Shown in pieces: positions 16,829-24,495 of a stretch of 31,415 nucleotides of DNA. Position 1 is the first letter of the stretch, and every line of letters begins with the position of its first letter. The position numbers and the translations under genes are program-made. Source of the DNA: a virus (Duplodnaviria; Caudoviricetes); the IMG/VR virus record IMGVR_UViG_3300032225_000042, positions 1 through 31,415 of that record. The stretch is one strand, 5' to 3'. The notes under the pieces were generated by a model that searched no databases, was not told the origin of the DNA, and worked only from the letters and a program-made list of their open reading frames with translations.

Positions 16829-17760
16829 GCGAAATCCAATGCAATTTGAGCTGTGCGTTTCTTTTGTAGTTTTCCATACTCAGGGTTTAATTCGCACCCA
16901 ATGTACTGTCTCCCAAGGTCTTGGGCTACCTGGGCGGTAGTTCCTGATCCCATAAATGGGTCTAAAACAATACCTCCAATTGGTGCGCCAGCAAGGATGC
17001 AAGGCTCGATTAACTCTGTTGGGAAAACCGCAAAGTGTGCTCCTGAATATGGTTTTGTGTTTATAGTCCAAACACTTCGTTTGTTTGCCATTCCATCAGC
17101 ACCAAAAACTCTTTCTCCTTGGCTAAACCTATCTCCTTTTGCATAATCAGCTTGATAACCTTCAGCATTTTTATTGCGTGTTTCTGGTTCACCTTTTAAT
17201 GGCTCTTTGATCGCAACATGGTCAAAATGATATTTATGGGATTTGCTCAACAGAAAAATGTATTCATGCGCTTTGGTGCATCTGTCTTGAACAGACTCTG
17301 GCATTGGGTTTGGTTTATGCCAAACAATGTCCTGGCGTAAATACCAACCATCTGCTCTGAGTGCAAATGCAAGCATCCAAGGTATGCCAATCAAGTCTTT
17401 AGTTTTCAGTCCAGTTGCGTGTAATTTGTCTAGCTTCCTGTCATTAGCTGGCATATTGTTTCTGCCTTCACGCTGATATTCTGGGCTTGCTCTTGCAAAA
17501 CCATTTGTATTGCAATAGCTATCTCCGATATTGACCCATAGAGTGCCGTCATTCTCAAGGACATCCCAAACACATCTAAAGACTTCAACAAGCTGTTTTA
17601 TAAATTCTTCAGGCGTGTCTTCATGTCCTATTTGACCTTCATGCCCATAATCACGCAAGCCAAAGTAAGGAGGACTTGTTATACAAGTTTGAGCCTTAAC
17701 GCCTTGTGTTGCCCATTTACGCATAATTTCACGGCAATCACCAAATTCAATCTTATTCAT
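16825..17760 (-). CDS. Beta-class N4-cytosine/N6-adenine DNA methyltransferase, 311 aa
   Basis: Catalytic TSPPY precedes SAM-binding VLDPFMGSGTT; no partner restriction enzyme evident. Confidence 0.93.
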   Translation of the reverse strand: MNKIEFGDCREIMRKWATQGVKAQTCITSPPYFGLRDYGHEGQIGHEDTPEEFIKQLVEVFRCVWDVLENDGTLWVNIGDSYCNTNGFARASPEYQREGRNNMPANDRKLDKLHATGLKTKDLIGIPWMLAFALRADGWYLRQDIVWHKPNPMPESVQDRCTKAHEYIFLLSKSHKYHFDHVAIKEPLKGEPETRNKNAEGYQADYAKGDRFSQGERVFGADGMANKRSVWTINTKPYSGAHFAVFPTELIEPCILAGAPIGGIVLDPFMGSGTTAQVAQDLGRQYIGCELNPEYGKLQKKRTAQIALDFA

Positions 17761-18515
17761 GCTTTTCTCCTTAACTCAGCCATCTTAGCCAACACTTCTA
17801 GCGGAATAGGTGCGGCTTTTTTTGCGTCTTCTGCAATCTTCAGCAAAGCAGGGTCTGGCTCATTTGATGGCGCAACAGTGAGCCTACCAATGTCATAGGA
17901 ATTTTGTTTAACAGCTTTGGTGTTACGTACCCAGTTTCTCCATGTTGCATCCCAATCCAACTTGACACCCTTTTGACCCGCTTGGGCAACCCAATAATCT
18001 TTGAACTGTTCAGCAACCTGACGAACATCTAAGTCTGGTCTTTCCTGAGTAGCCCAATCTCCCATTGCTTTACTAAGAAACCAATCTTGGGCGAGGCGTG
18101 AGCCACGCTTGTTCTCTTTAATTGGTTTATGGTTAGTGGTTATTGGTTTATGGTTATTGGTTGCTATTGGGGTAGCATTAGGGGGGCTAATAGCCTCCCC
18201 ATTGGGGGGCGTTCCCCACCTCTTAGCCGCCCCACGTTTACCTGCTTCAGCAAACTCTTTGTATTGTTTGATTTCCTTGTCTGCACGAGGAGAAACAAAG
18301 CCATCTGCCGTTGAAATGAAGAACTCATTGAGGACAGTCATTACATCCTCTTCATGCTCACGCATACCGATCTGACGAGCAATATCTCGGTGCTTTATAG
18401 GTTGTTCATGGAGAAAGTAAAAATCTAGCAAACGCCTGTAAGCTAAATCTTCCATCAAAGAAAGATGATGGGTGTGACTTTTGTAGTCACCAATATGGAA
18501 CTGGTAGTAGTGCAT
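17757..18515 (-). CDS. Replication initiator (DUF1376/YdaU-like N-terminus), 252 aa
   Basis: MHYYQFHIGDY..HT.HLS..EDLAYRRLLD.Y; internal repeats; C-terminal F.DYW...K.DW.ATWRNW domain. Confidence 0.85.
   Translation of the reverse strand: MHYYQFHIGDYKSHTHHLSLMEDLAYRRLLDFYFLHEQPIKHRDIARQIGMREHEEDVMTVLNEFFISTADGFVSPRADKEIKQYKEFAEAGKRGAAKRWGTPPNGEAISPPNATPIATNNHKPITTNHKPIKENKRGSRLAQDWFLSKAMGDWATQERPDLDVRQVAEQFKDYWVAQAGQKGVKLDWDATWRNWVRNTKAVKQNSYDIGRLTVAPSNEPDPALLKIAEDAKKAAPIPLEVLAKMAELRRKA
18121..18170. repeat. Iteron-like short repeats inside the initiator gene (candidate replication origin)
   Basis: ATTGGTTTATGGTTA occurs twice, with further TGGTT units; lambdoid origins lie within the initiator gene. 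Confidence 0.6.
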
Positions 18516-18543
18516 ATATTCCGCTTTTTAACCACCCTTTGAA

Positions 18544-18611
18544 GGAATTGCCAGCAGGAGAAGGGTTAACTCTTTTCGGTTGGGTAGCAACTCCCGACCT
18601 AGCTGGATTCC
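18544..18611 (-). ncRNA. Candidate structured 5' leader RNA of the initiator gene
   Basis: CCAGC(T)AGG...CCTGCTGG closing stem with internal hairpins and a CCGAAAAG junction. Confidence 0.45.
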
Positions 18612-18640
18612 ATAATATCAAACTAATTCTACTTTGTAAA
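18612..18640 (-). promoter_or_regulatory. Sigma70 promoter for the replication operon
   Basis: TTTACA, 17 nt, TATTAT with an extended -10 TG. Confidence 0.7.
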
Positions 18641-18641
18641 C

Positions 18642-19016
18642 TCAAATAAATTGATTATTTGTGATTTCTTTAGTGAAATTAGGATTGCCATTAAACAACC
18701 TTCTGGCCTGATTGTTCATCACCGCATACTCAACCTTGGTAAAAATACCCTTTGCATTGCGTATGTCAAACGGGTTTAGCTTGTTATATGGCTCATCATT
18801 GGCGGCTTTTGTAGCCTCAATCATGTGCGGCTCTAGGGTGTATTTGCAGACCCAAGCACGATGCACTTTGATTTTCTCAACAGTAAGTTCTTTCTTGCGA
18901 GACATCTTCTTGCAAGCAGCCACGATGGAGGTTCTTGGGATGCCCGTTAGATTCTCCATTTCATAGGCAGTAAGCGATCCATTCTGTAAAGCTCGAATAA
19001 TTGCTTGTTGGGTCAT
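18642..19016 (-). CDS. Putative winged-HTH DNA-binding protein, 124 aa
   Basis: IIRALQNGSLTAYEMENLTGIPRTSIVAACKKM wHTH-like N-terminus; GGAG RBS. Confidence 0.65.
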   Translation of the reverse strand: MTQQAIIRALQNGSLTAYEMENLTGIPRTSIVAACKKMSRKKELTVEKIKVHRAWVCKYTLEPHMIEATKAANDEPYNKLNPFDIRNAKGIFTKVEYAVMNNQARRLFNGNPNFTKEITNNQFI

Positions 19017-19192
19017 TTGTATAGGTTCTCCAGGTTGATTGGGCGGTTTAAATGGAGTTCTAGGGTTCTAGCAAGTAGAGCAGTTACAGAGGCGGTAAAG
19101 TCCTCTGGCTCGTCCACATAGACACTAGCCATTCGGTTTGCGTAGCCCTTTAGGGTTTCGGCACAAGTTTGTTCAAGTTGTTCGATGTTCAT
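19013..19192 (-). CDS. Hypothetical protein, 59 aa (MNIEQLEQTCAETLKGY...), probably leaderless
   Basis: Manually translated; stop overlaps the next ATG; the -10 TAGGCT ends 6 nt before the ATG and there is no SD. Confidence 0.68.
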   Translation of the reverse strand: MNIEQLEQTCAETLKGYANRMASVYVDEPEDFTASVTALLARTLELHLNRPINLENLYK

Positions 19193-19198
19193 ACGAGT

Positions 19199-19272
19199 AG
19201 CCTAGCATGATAAAAAAGTTGCGTAAATTAGGGAAAACCCCTATGTAAATTCTGGAATCCATGTGGCACATT
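19199..19272. promoter_or_regulatory. Divergent early promoters sharing a central TAGGGAAAACCCCTA box
   Basis: Box at 19229-19243; leftward TG-n-TAGGCT 24 nt away; rightward TG-n-CACATT 23 nt away. Confidence 0.6.
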
Positions 19273-19324
19273 AGTGGTGTGGGCAACAAAAAACCCACAT
19301 TTTAATAAACCTATAGGAGTGAAT

Positions 19325-19507
19325 ATGAAGACATTGTTTGAACAGTACAGAGAGCAATTTGCAGACATTTTGTACTGCTGTTATTGCTTAGAACCAAAAG
19401 GCGAAAGTTACAGATGTTGCGATGAGAACCACTTTATCGAGTTTAAAGACTTGTATATTGAGGATCAAAAAGAAATCATCGAAGCTGAATTAGATCAAAA
19501 CACTTAA
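19325..19507 (+). CDS. Small Cys-rich acidic protein, 60 aa
   Basis: AGGAG RBS before the ATG at 19325; YCCYC...CCDENH. Confidence 0.7.
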   Translation: MKTLFEQYREQFADILYCCYCLEPKGESYRCCDENHFIEFKDLYIEDQKEIIEAELDQNT

Positions 19508-19516
19508 GGAAATATC

Positions 19517-20131
19517 ATGGGCGTACATAAAAAACTGATGGATGCAAGGATTCTCTTGCAACAAGCACCACTCAAGAAGTCAGGCCACAACAAGTTTGCG
19601 GGCTATTCATACTTCGAGCTTGGTGACTTTCTGCCAACAATCAATCAAATCTTCTCAAGAGTTGGCTTGTGCGGTGTTGTTTCGTTCGATAAAGAACTAG
19701 CAACTCTGACCATTACCGATACTGAAGACAGTACAGAGATCAAGTTGACAAGCCCTATGGCAGATGCCAATCTAAAGGGCTGCCATCCCATCCAAAATCT
19801 TGGTGCGGTAGAGACTTATACCAGGCGGTATCTGTGGGTTTCAGCAATGGAAATTGTTGAGCACGATGCCTTAGATTCTTCTGCTCCACTAAAGGAAGAT
19901 AAGTTAATCATTAGTCCTACTCAGGGTGCAATGGATAATATTCCTCCAGATGAGGTGCAGTATTTACAAGAGATGGCAGTTGAATTGATTGCTACTTGTG
20001 AGCAAGGTGACCCCAAGGCAGCTTGGGATAAGTTGGAGGGAGAGAACCTAGATTCAGAACAAAAAGTGGCTCTATGGACACTCCTTCCTAGTAAAGTGCG
20101 TGCAGCGTTAAAGAAAGCAAAGGAAATCTAA
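19517..20131 (+). CDS. erf: ERF-family single-strand annealing recombinase, 204 aa
   Basis: KSGHNKFAGYSY and GAVETYTRRYL signature; AAGGA RBS. Confidence 0.85.
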   Translation: MGVHKKLMDARILLQQAPLKKSGHNKFAGYSYFELGDFLPTINQIFSRVGLCGVVSFDKELATLTITDTEDSTEIKLTSPMADANLKGCHPIQNLGAVETYTRRYLWVSAMEIVEHDALDSSAPLKEDKLIISPTQGAMDNIPPDEVQYLQEMAVELIATCEQGDPKAAWDKLEGENLDSEQKVALWTLLPSKVRAALKKAKEI

Positions 20132-20374
20132 ATGGAAAAGCGTGATAACAGTGGTGTTTTGTTCAAATCCGACAAAATTGAAAACGAAAGGTCTCCACAG
20201 TACAAAGGAAATATCACAGTAGAAGGAAAAGATTACTGGATTTCTGCTTGGGTCAAAGAGGGAAAGAGTGGCAAGTTCATGGGTTTAGCAGTATCACCCA
20301 AAGAAGAATACAAGCCAAAGCCTTCTGAGCGTTCTAAAACAACAGGATTTGATGACGAATCAATGCCTTTCTGA
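20132..20374 (+). CDS. Small SSB-like OB-fold protein, 80 aa
   Basis: NSGVLF...PQYKG...YWISAW; acidic C-terminal tail DDESMPF; adjacent to the recombinase. Confidence 0.72.
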   Translation: MEKRDNSGVLFKSDKIENERSPQYKGNITVEGKDYWISAWVKEGKSGKFMGLAVSPKEEYKPKPSERSKTTGFDDESMPF

Positions 20375-20386
20375 TAAACTTTTCTC

Positions 20387-20441
20387 GGGGTGAAAGCTGT
20401 GCAAAGAGTTTCCGAGCTTGCAGACGAGCAGCCGTAGCCCC
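20387..20441 (+). ncRNA. Candidate structured intergenic RNA
   Basis: Nested pairings GGGG/CCCC, GCTG/CAGC and TGCAA/TTGCA with purine-rich internal loops; no U-tail. Confidence 0.4.
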
Positions 20442-20460
20442 ACCTAATAGGAGTTAATAA

Positions 20461-20790
20461 ATGAATGATATTTTTGACAACATGAAGCAGTCAATGGAGA
20501 AATTCTTTGGTACGCCAGCGTTTAAACTGGCTAGAAGAGAAGACCCCACAACGAGCCATCAGGCGGCTCAAGCAGTTGATACCACCAAGCTAGAAACAAT
20601 GGTCTATGAGGCCATTAAGAGCCATCCAGATGGGTGTATCTCAGATGACATCCTTGGTATGTTCCCAAACTACCCATATTCCTCAATAACAGCAAGGTAT
20701 CGTGCTTTGTTAGACAAGGGATTTATTGAAGTTTCAGGGGTCAAACGTGGCAAGTTTGGCAGAAATCAACGAATTATGAAGGCCAAGTAA
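20461..20790 (+). CDS. Winged-helix DNA-binding protein, 109 aa
   Basis: ARREDPTTSHQAA...VYEAIK...SSITARYRALLDKGFI; AGGAG RBS. Confidence 0.72.
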   Translation: MNDIFDNMKQSMEKFFGTPAFKLARREDPTTSHQAAQAVDTTKLETMVYEAIKSHPDGCISDDILGMFPNYPYSSITARYRALLDKGFIEVSGVKRGKFGRNQRIMKAK

Positions 20791-20969
20791 TGCTAGAAAA
20801 ACCACCGCATTCCAAGATCAGTTATCCATCTACACCAACAAAAGACTTTAAATGGTCTTCTGGATCAGATGTCCAAGCAATCTGGAAGAAACATGGATGG
20901 AATCCACCAAGCGAGAAGATGCTGCCACCACCACCTGAGAAAGTTATGGAATTAAGGAGAGTTAGATGA
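20790..20969 (+). CDS. Pro-rich hypothetical protein, 59 aa
   Basis: Manually translated (MLEKPPHSK...DVQAIWKKHGWNPPSE...); TAATG and ATGA couplings. Confidence 0.65.
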   Translation: MLEKPPHSKISYPSTPTKDFKWSSGSDVQAIWKKHGWNPPSEKMLPPPPEKVMELRRVR

Positions 20970-21274
20970 GCTATGCAGATATTGAAATAAAGATAATCCA
21001 ATGGGCAGAAGCCCGAAAGATTATTCCTAATAGCAACCCAGAGTCTCAGTTACTTAAAGCAGTTTCTGAAATAGGAGAATTAGCAGATGCCACCATCAAA
21101 AAGGACAAAGAAGCTATTGTGGATTCTGTTGGTGATGTCATGGTCTGCCTTATTAACTACTGCGCTTTGCAAGACATCAATCTGGTAGACTGCATGGAAG
21201 TTGCGTACGATCAGATCAAAAATCGCAAGGGAATACTATTGCCCAACGGAGTGTTCCAAAAGACACTTGACTGA
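20966..21274 (+). CDS. MazG-like NTP pyrophosphohydrolase, 102 aa
   Basis: QLLKAVSEIGELADA...DSVGDVMVCL...AYDQIKNRKG. Confidence 0.85.
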   Translation: MSYADIEIKIIQWAEARKIIPNSNPESQLLKAVSEIGELADATIKKDKEAIVDSVGDVMVCLINYCALQDINLVDCMEVAYDQIKNRKGILLPNGVFQKTLD

Positions 21275-21328
21275 CACAAATTAAGCCTAGTATTTCATTG
21301 CAACAATTGGTTGCTTCAGGAGAACATC

Positions 21329-21538
21329 ATGAAATTTGAAATGGAATTTGGTTGGATAGGCAGTGAGAAAGTTACAGTTGAAACCCATGACTTCGAGAAG
21401 ATTCAAATCATTCAAGAATTTATCGAGTTCCAAGAGGAAAATGGTTGGGCAGTTGACTATGAAGCAATTGACTGTGATGAGGATGAATTTGAAGAAGACG
21501 CAGCAGAGGAAGTAATTGTTGCTGGTCTAGATGAGTAG
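21329..21538 (+). CDS. Highly acidic small protein, 69 aa
   Basis: AGGAG RBS before the ATG at 21329; D/E-rich. Confidence 0.7.
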   Translation: MKFEMEFGWIGSEKVTVETHDFEKIQIIQEFIEFQEENGWAVDYEAIDCDEDEFEEDAAEEVIVAGLDE

Positions 21539-21546
21539 CCTATAAG

Positions 21547-21690
21547 CTACTTTGCCAACAGATAAAGCCCCACATTGCTAAAGGCGTACCCTGCGTACAC
21601 GATAGCCATGTGTGGGTTATCTTTCCAAAGCTGTTCACCAGCGATATAGGCATAGATTGCCCCCGTCAAGATGATTAGCCAAGCACTCAA
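21547..21690 (-). CDS. Small two-helix membrane protein, 47 aa (MSAWLIILTGAIYAY...GYAFSNVGLYLLAK)
   Basis: Manually translated; TTG start overlaps the phosphoesterase stop (TTGA). Confidence 0.62.
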   Translation of the reverse strand: MSAWLIILTGAIYAYIAGEQLWKDNPHMAIVYAGYAFSNVGLYLLAK

Positions 21691-22673
21691 AATGCACCTA
21701 CATCAATCACTTCGCCTCTAAACTGAACCATGTCCTCATCAAATTTATGGACGAGTTCAGGCCATAAAAGCTGACCATTGAAGAAGTTTAACACCGCAAA
21801 GCCTGATCTGTGATTGTTTGGGTTTATCTCAGCATAAGTAAATTGTGGCCCATCAGTCTCAGCCAAAGTCCCCGTATCCACACCATACCGAACCCCGTTA
21901 TAGTCGCTAAAAGGGGTCACTTTAAGGCTATGAAGGTGTCCAGTAACTACTGACACACCCGCATTAACAGTATTGTTGTGAGTGGCATGAATACCACCTT
22001 TGTAACGATGCTTAACAATTACGTTATCTGTAGGCCATACTGCCCAACAGAAGTCCCAATCTGGGATATGGTCTGTCAACTTAAAGCCCTGTACTTCTTT
22101 AAACTGTGGTGCGTGTTGAGCTAATCTATTGCCAAACCGAATATCGTGATTACCCCATGTAAACAAGAGCTTTACATTGTGTCTCGCTGCTTTAGCAACT
22201 TCATCTATCTCACCCAACGCACCTTGCGTAGCTTTTAACTCTTGGATAACAGAAGTTTGTGGTTGGTCAGTTACATCATGGCGTGATATAGACGCTCCAT
22301 CAAAGGCATCCCCGTTACATATCACCGCATGAGGTTTGAACTCTTGGATAGCCCATAGAAGCCCTTTAAATGCCGTTGTACGCTGTGCAGGGATAAAGTG
22401 GGCATCTGAGAACACAATCACACATGAATCCAACATCCCGAGTTTTACTTGTCTTAAAGGAGAAAAGGATTTAGGTCTACTGGCGGCATAGTTAGCACCA
22501 CGATGGTCTTTTGCTATTAAGGTAATCTTATGATTTTCCTCAATCCACCTTCTACGCAAATGAACTGCTCTATTGGGTATTCCAAGGTGTTTGGCTATTT
22601 CAGTTGCAGATTGAAGTTTCTCCCAAAGTTGGATGAACTCCATATCCGTACACGTTTCGTTATGTGAACCCAT
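21687..22673 (-). CDS. Calcineurin-like metallophosphoesterase with N-terminal HTH, 328 aa
   Basis: SDAH, NGDAFD, GNHD, H and GHLH motifs; N-terminal SATEIAKHLGI. Confidence 0.88.
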   Translation of the reverse strand: MGSHNETCTDMEFIQLWEKLQSATEIAKHLGIPNRAVHLRRRWIEENHKITLIAKDHRGANYAASRPKSFSPLRQVKLGMLDSCVIVFSDAHFIPAQRTTAFKGLLWAIQEFKPHAVICNGDAFDGASISRHDVTDQPQTSVIQELKATQGALGEIDEVAKAARHNVKLLFTWGNHDIRFGNRLAQHAPQFKEVQGFKLTDHIPDWDFCWAVWPTDNVIVKHRYKGGIHATHNNTVNAGVSVVTGHLHSLKVTPFSDYNGVRYGVDTGTLAETDGPQFTYAEINPNNHRSGFAVLNFFNGQLLWPELVHKFDEDMVQFRGEVIDVGAF

Positions 22674-23034
22674 TGGAATCCCTTGAAAGTAACTTTTCTA
22701 GCAGATTGATGACTCTATGCTCTTGCATTTCAACCTCATCTTGAGAAGATTTTGGGTCTTGAGCCACAGTCATTAAGTCGTGCAGAAAAACATGAAGCAA
22801 CTCATGCAAAGCAGTCTGATCCAGAGATTCTGGTGTGATCTTCTCAGCACCAAAGTCACCTAATCTGTAAGTAGCCAACCTAGCCGAGGCATTGAACTCC
22901 ACAGAAGCCATTGCCGCCTTTGCCGCCTTGCTTCCCTTCTCTATTCTCCAATCGCCCAGACTAAGCACTTGTTGCCACTTTCTGACACTTTGTGCAAACA
23001 GTTGTGATTGTTCTGGCGTAGGAATGTTAGGCAT
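22660..23034 (-). CDS. HEXXH zinc-metallopeptidase-like protein, 124 aa
   Basis: TALHELLHV motif with a downstream Glu (QEH). Confidence 0.65.
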   Translation of the reverse strand: MPNIPTPEQSQLFAQSVRKWQQVLSLGDWRIEKGSKAAKAAMASVEFNASARLATYRLGDFGAEKITPESLDQTALHELLHVFLHDLMTVAQDPKSSQDEVEMQEHRVINLLEKLLSRDSNGFT

Positions 23035-23064
23035 TTCAACACCTTATACAGTATTTATGACAAT

Positions 23065-23508
23065 TTAATTTAACAAAGCACACTCAGCAACACGCCTTTT
23101 TGTCAGACCAGCTAGAACTTTTCCACCGCCTTTATTCCAAAGCATGAGTTGTTCTTTAGCTGCTTCCCATTCGAGAGCATTGATTTTTCTCTTGAGAGTA
23201 GATGTCTGTAAACGACCAATTCCAAGGTTGTAAACAAAGTCAACAATGGCGTTACATTTTTTTTCATCTGTTGCAAGAATCGGACAGTTTCTCAGAACAC
23301 CTGGTAGGTAGGTATGTTCCAATTCGTGCATTAAAAGAACATGAGCCTCCTCTTGTGTCGTTGGAGGGTCATTTAAAGTAACCTTGCGCCCGTCAGCATA
23401 GTAAGTAGAGCCATATCCAATGGTGGCCACACCCGCAGGACAGAGATAGGGTTTACTTCTAAACCCCTCAAACTGCTTACATAGTGAAGCGGCTATCTCT
23501 AAGTTCAT
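23065..23508 (-). CDS. Endolysin, GH24 lysozyme, 147 aa
   Basis: FEG...PYLCPAGVATIGYG (E-x8-C-x5-T), FVYNLG, GLTKRR..E. Confidence 0.93.
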   Translation of the reverse strand: MNLEIAASLCKQFEGFRSKPYLCPAGVATIGYGSTYYADGRKVTLNDPPTTQEEAHVLLMHELEHTYLPGVLRNCPILATDEKKCNAIVDFVYNLGIGRLQTSTLKRKINALEWEAAKEQLMLWNKGGGKVLAGLTKRRVAECALLN

Positions 23509-23999
23509 ATTCCACGCTTAGACAGAGTTCTATCAAGAAACCAGTAGTTAATTGTTCCTGACAAAAGCGCAGAAAAGTCTGGTGTCATCATTGTTTTGAA
23601 GACTTCAACGGCTGGCGCACCTGCTAACCAAGCGTTCCATGCAAACCAAACATGGATGAATGACCAAACAAACAAAACCCAATATGTGACCACAGGACGC
23701 ACAGAAGCAGAAAGTGAGGCTACCCATCCACCAGCTGCTTTAACCATCTCTGCTTGCTGTTCTATAGCTGATTGAAAGGCATTCATGACACCTACGTCTA
23801 CAGCCGCCTCTCTTTGTGCGCCTATTTCTGCGAGTTTCTGTTGACCACGTTGAGCCTCCAGATCGCATTGGAACTTGAACATATTGAGTTCATGCTCACG
23901 CTCATTTTTCTTATCCATCCATTTAAGGACTTCAGGAGCCATGCGGAAGATGCCACCAAAGATAGAACCTAGTAAACCACCAGAAAGAATATCAAGCAT
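23505..23999 (-). CDS. Holin-like membrane protein (GTA 3TM-holin-like), 164 aa
   Basis: Gly-rich N-terminal helix, coiled coil, SVRPVVTY followed by TM segments and YWFLDR; immediately upstream of the lysozyme. Confidence 0.65.
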   Translation of the reverse strand: MLDILSGGLLGSIFGGIFRMAPEVLKWMDKKNEREHELNMFKFQCDLEAQRGQQKLAEIGAQREAAVDVGVMNAFQSAIEQQAEMVKAAGGWVASLSASVRPVVTYWVLFVWSFIHVWFAWNAWLAGAPAVEVFKTMMTPDFSALLSGTINYWFLDRTLSKRGI

Positions 24000-24001
24000 G
24001 A

Positions 24002-24262
24002 TTAGTCCTCACAATGTTTGCATTTATGGTGCGAGTCGCCTTGGCCTAATTTAACACCCGCTAACAGTCCAATAAAGCCACCAATGATGGTTTGAAAAGC
24101 AGGGTGCAACATAGAAAAGATTTCTGCGTTGTCCACTTCCTTAGCCCATAGACCAAGTAAAAAAGCCACAACCATGCCTAACACCGACAAACAAAGGGTT
24201 GCTGCAACCATAAGAGTGACTGAATATGTCAGCTTACTTACCACGTCTTGATCTTGTTTCAT
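24002..24262 (-). CDS. Two-TM membrane protein, 86 aa
   Basis: Two hydrophobic helices; PAFQTIIGGFIGLLAG. Confidence 0.72.
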   Translation of the reverse strand: MKQDQDVVSKLTYSVTLMVAATLCLSVLGMVVAFLLGLWAKEVDNAEIFSMLHPAFQTIIGGFIGLLAGVKLGQGDSHHKCKHCED

Positions 24263-24495
24263 ACATAAACATCCAGTTTGCGGTTATTGAATATCTCCAT
24301 ACGGAGTCTCTCTTGAACAACTTTTTTAGTGTAAATCTCAAACTCTAGGTCTTGCAACTGAGCTTGTTTCTGCTTGGCTAATTCATTTGCTTTATTCATT
24401 TCATGCTGTTTCTCTAGCTTCACTTGAGCAAGGTCATGTCTATCTGGATACCCAGAGGGCTGAACAGTAGGAAATAGCTTGATTGTGTCGATCAT
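24259..24495 (-). CDS. Hypothetical coiled-coil protein, 78 aa
   Basis: Coupled ORF. Confidence 0.65.
   Translation of the reverse strand: MIDTIKLFPTVQPSGYPDRHDLAQVKLEKQHEMNKANELAKQKQAQLQDLEFEIYTKKVVQERLRMEIFNNRKLDVYV

Noticed and set aside
15795-17760. Methyltransferase plus nearby nucleases as a restriction-modification system
   Set aside because: The nucleases are an HNH homing type and a small VRR-NUC-like resolvase, both common stand-alone phage genes, and they are separated from the methyltransferase by unrelated ORFs.
20375-20460. tRNA gene in the intergenic hairpin
   Set aside because: No cloverleaf, no T-loop GTTC consensus and no CCA-type acceptor arrangement; kept only as a candidate structured RNA.
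21267-21295. Sigma70 promoter TTGACT...TAGTAT before the acidic gene
   Set aside because: Spacer is only 15 nt; not convincing without data.
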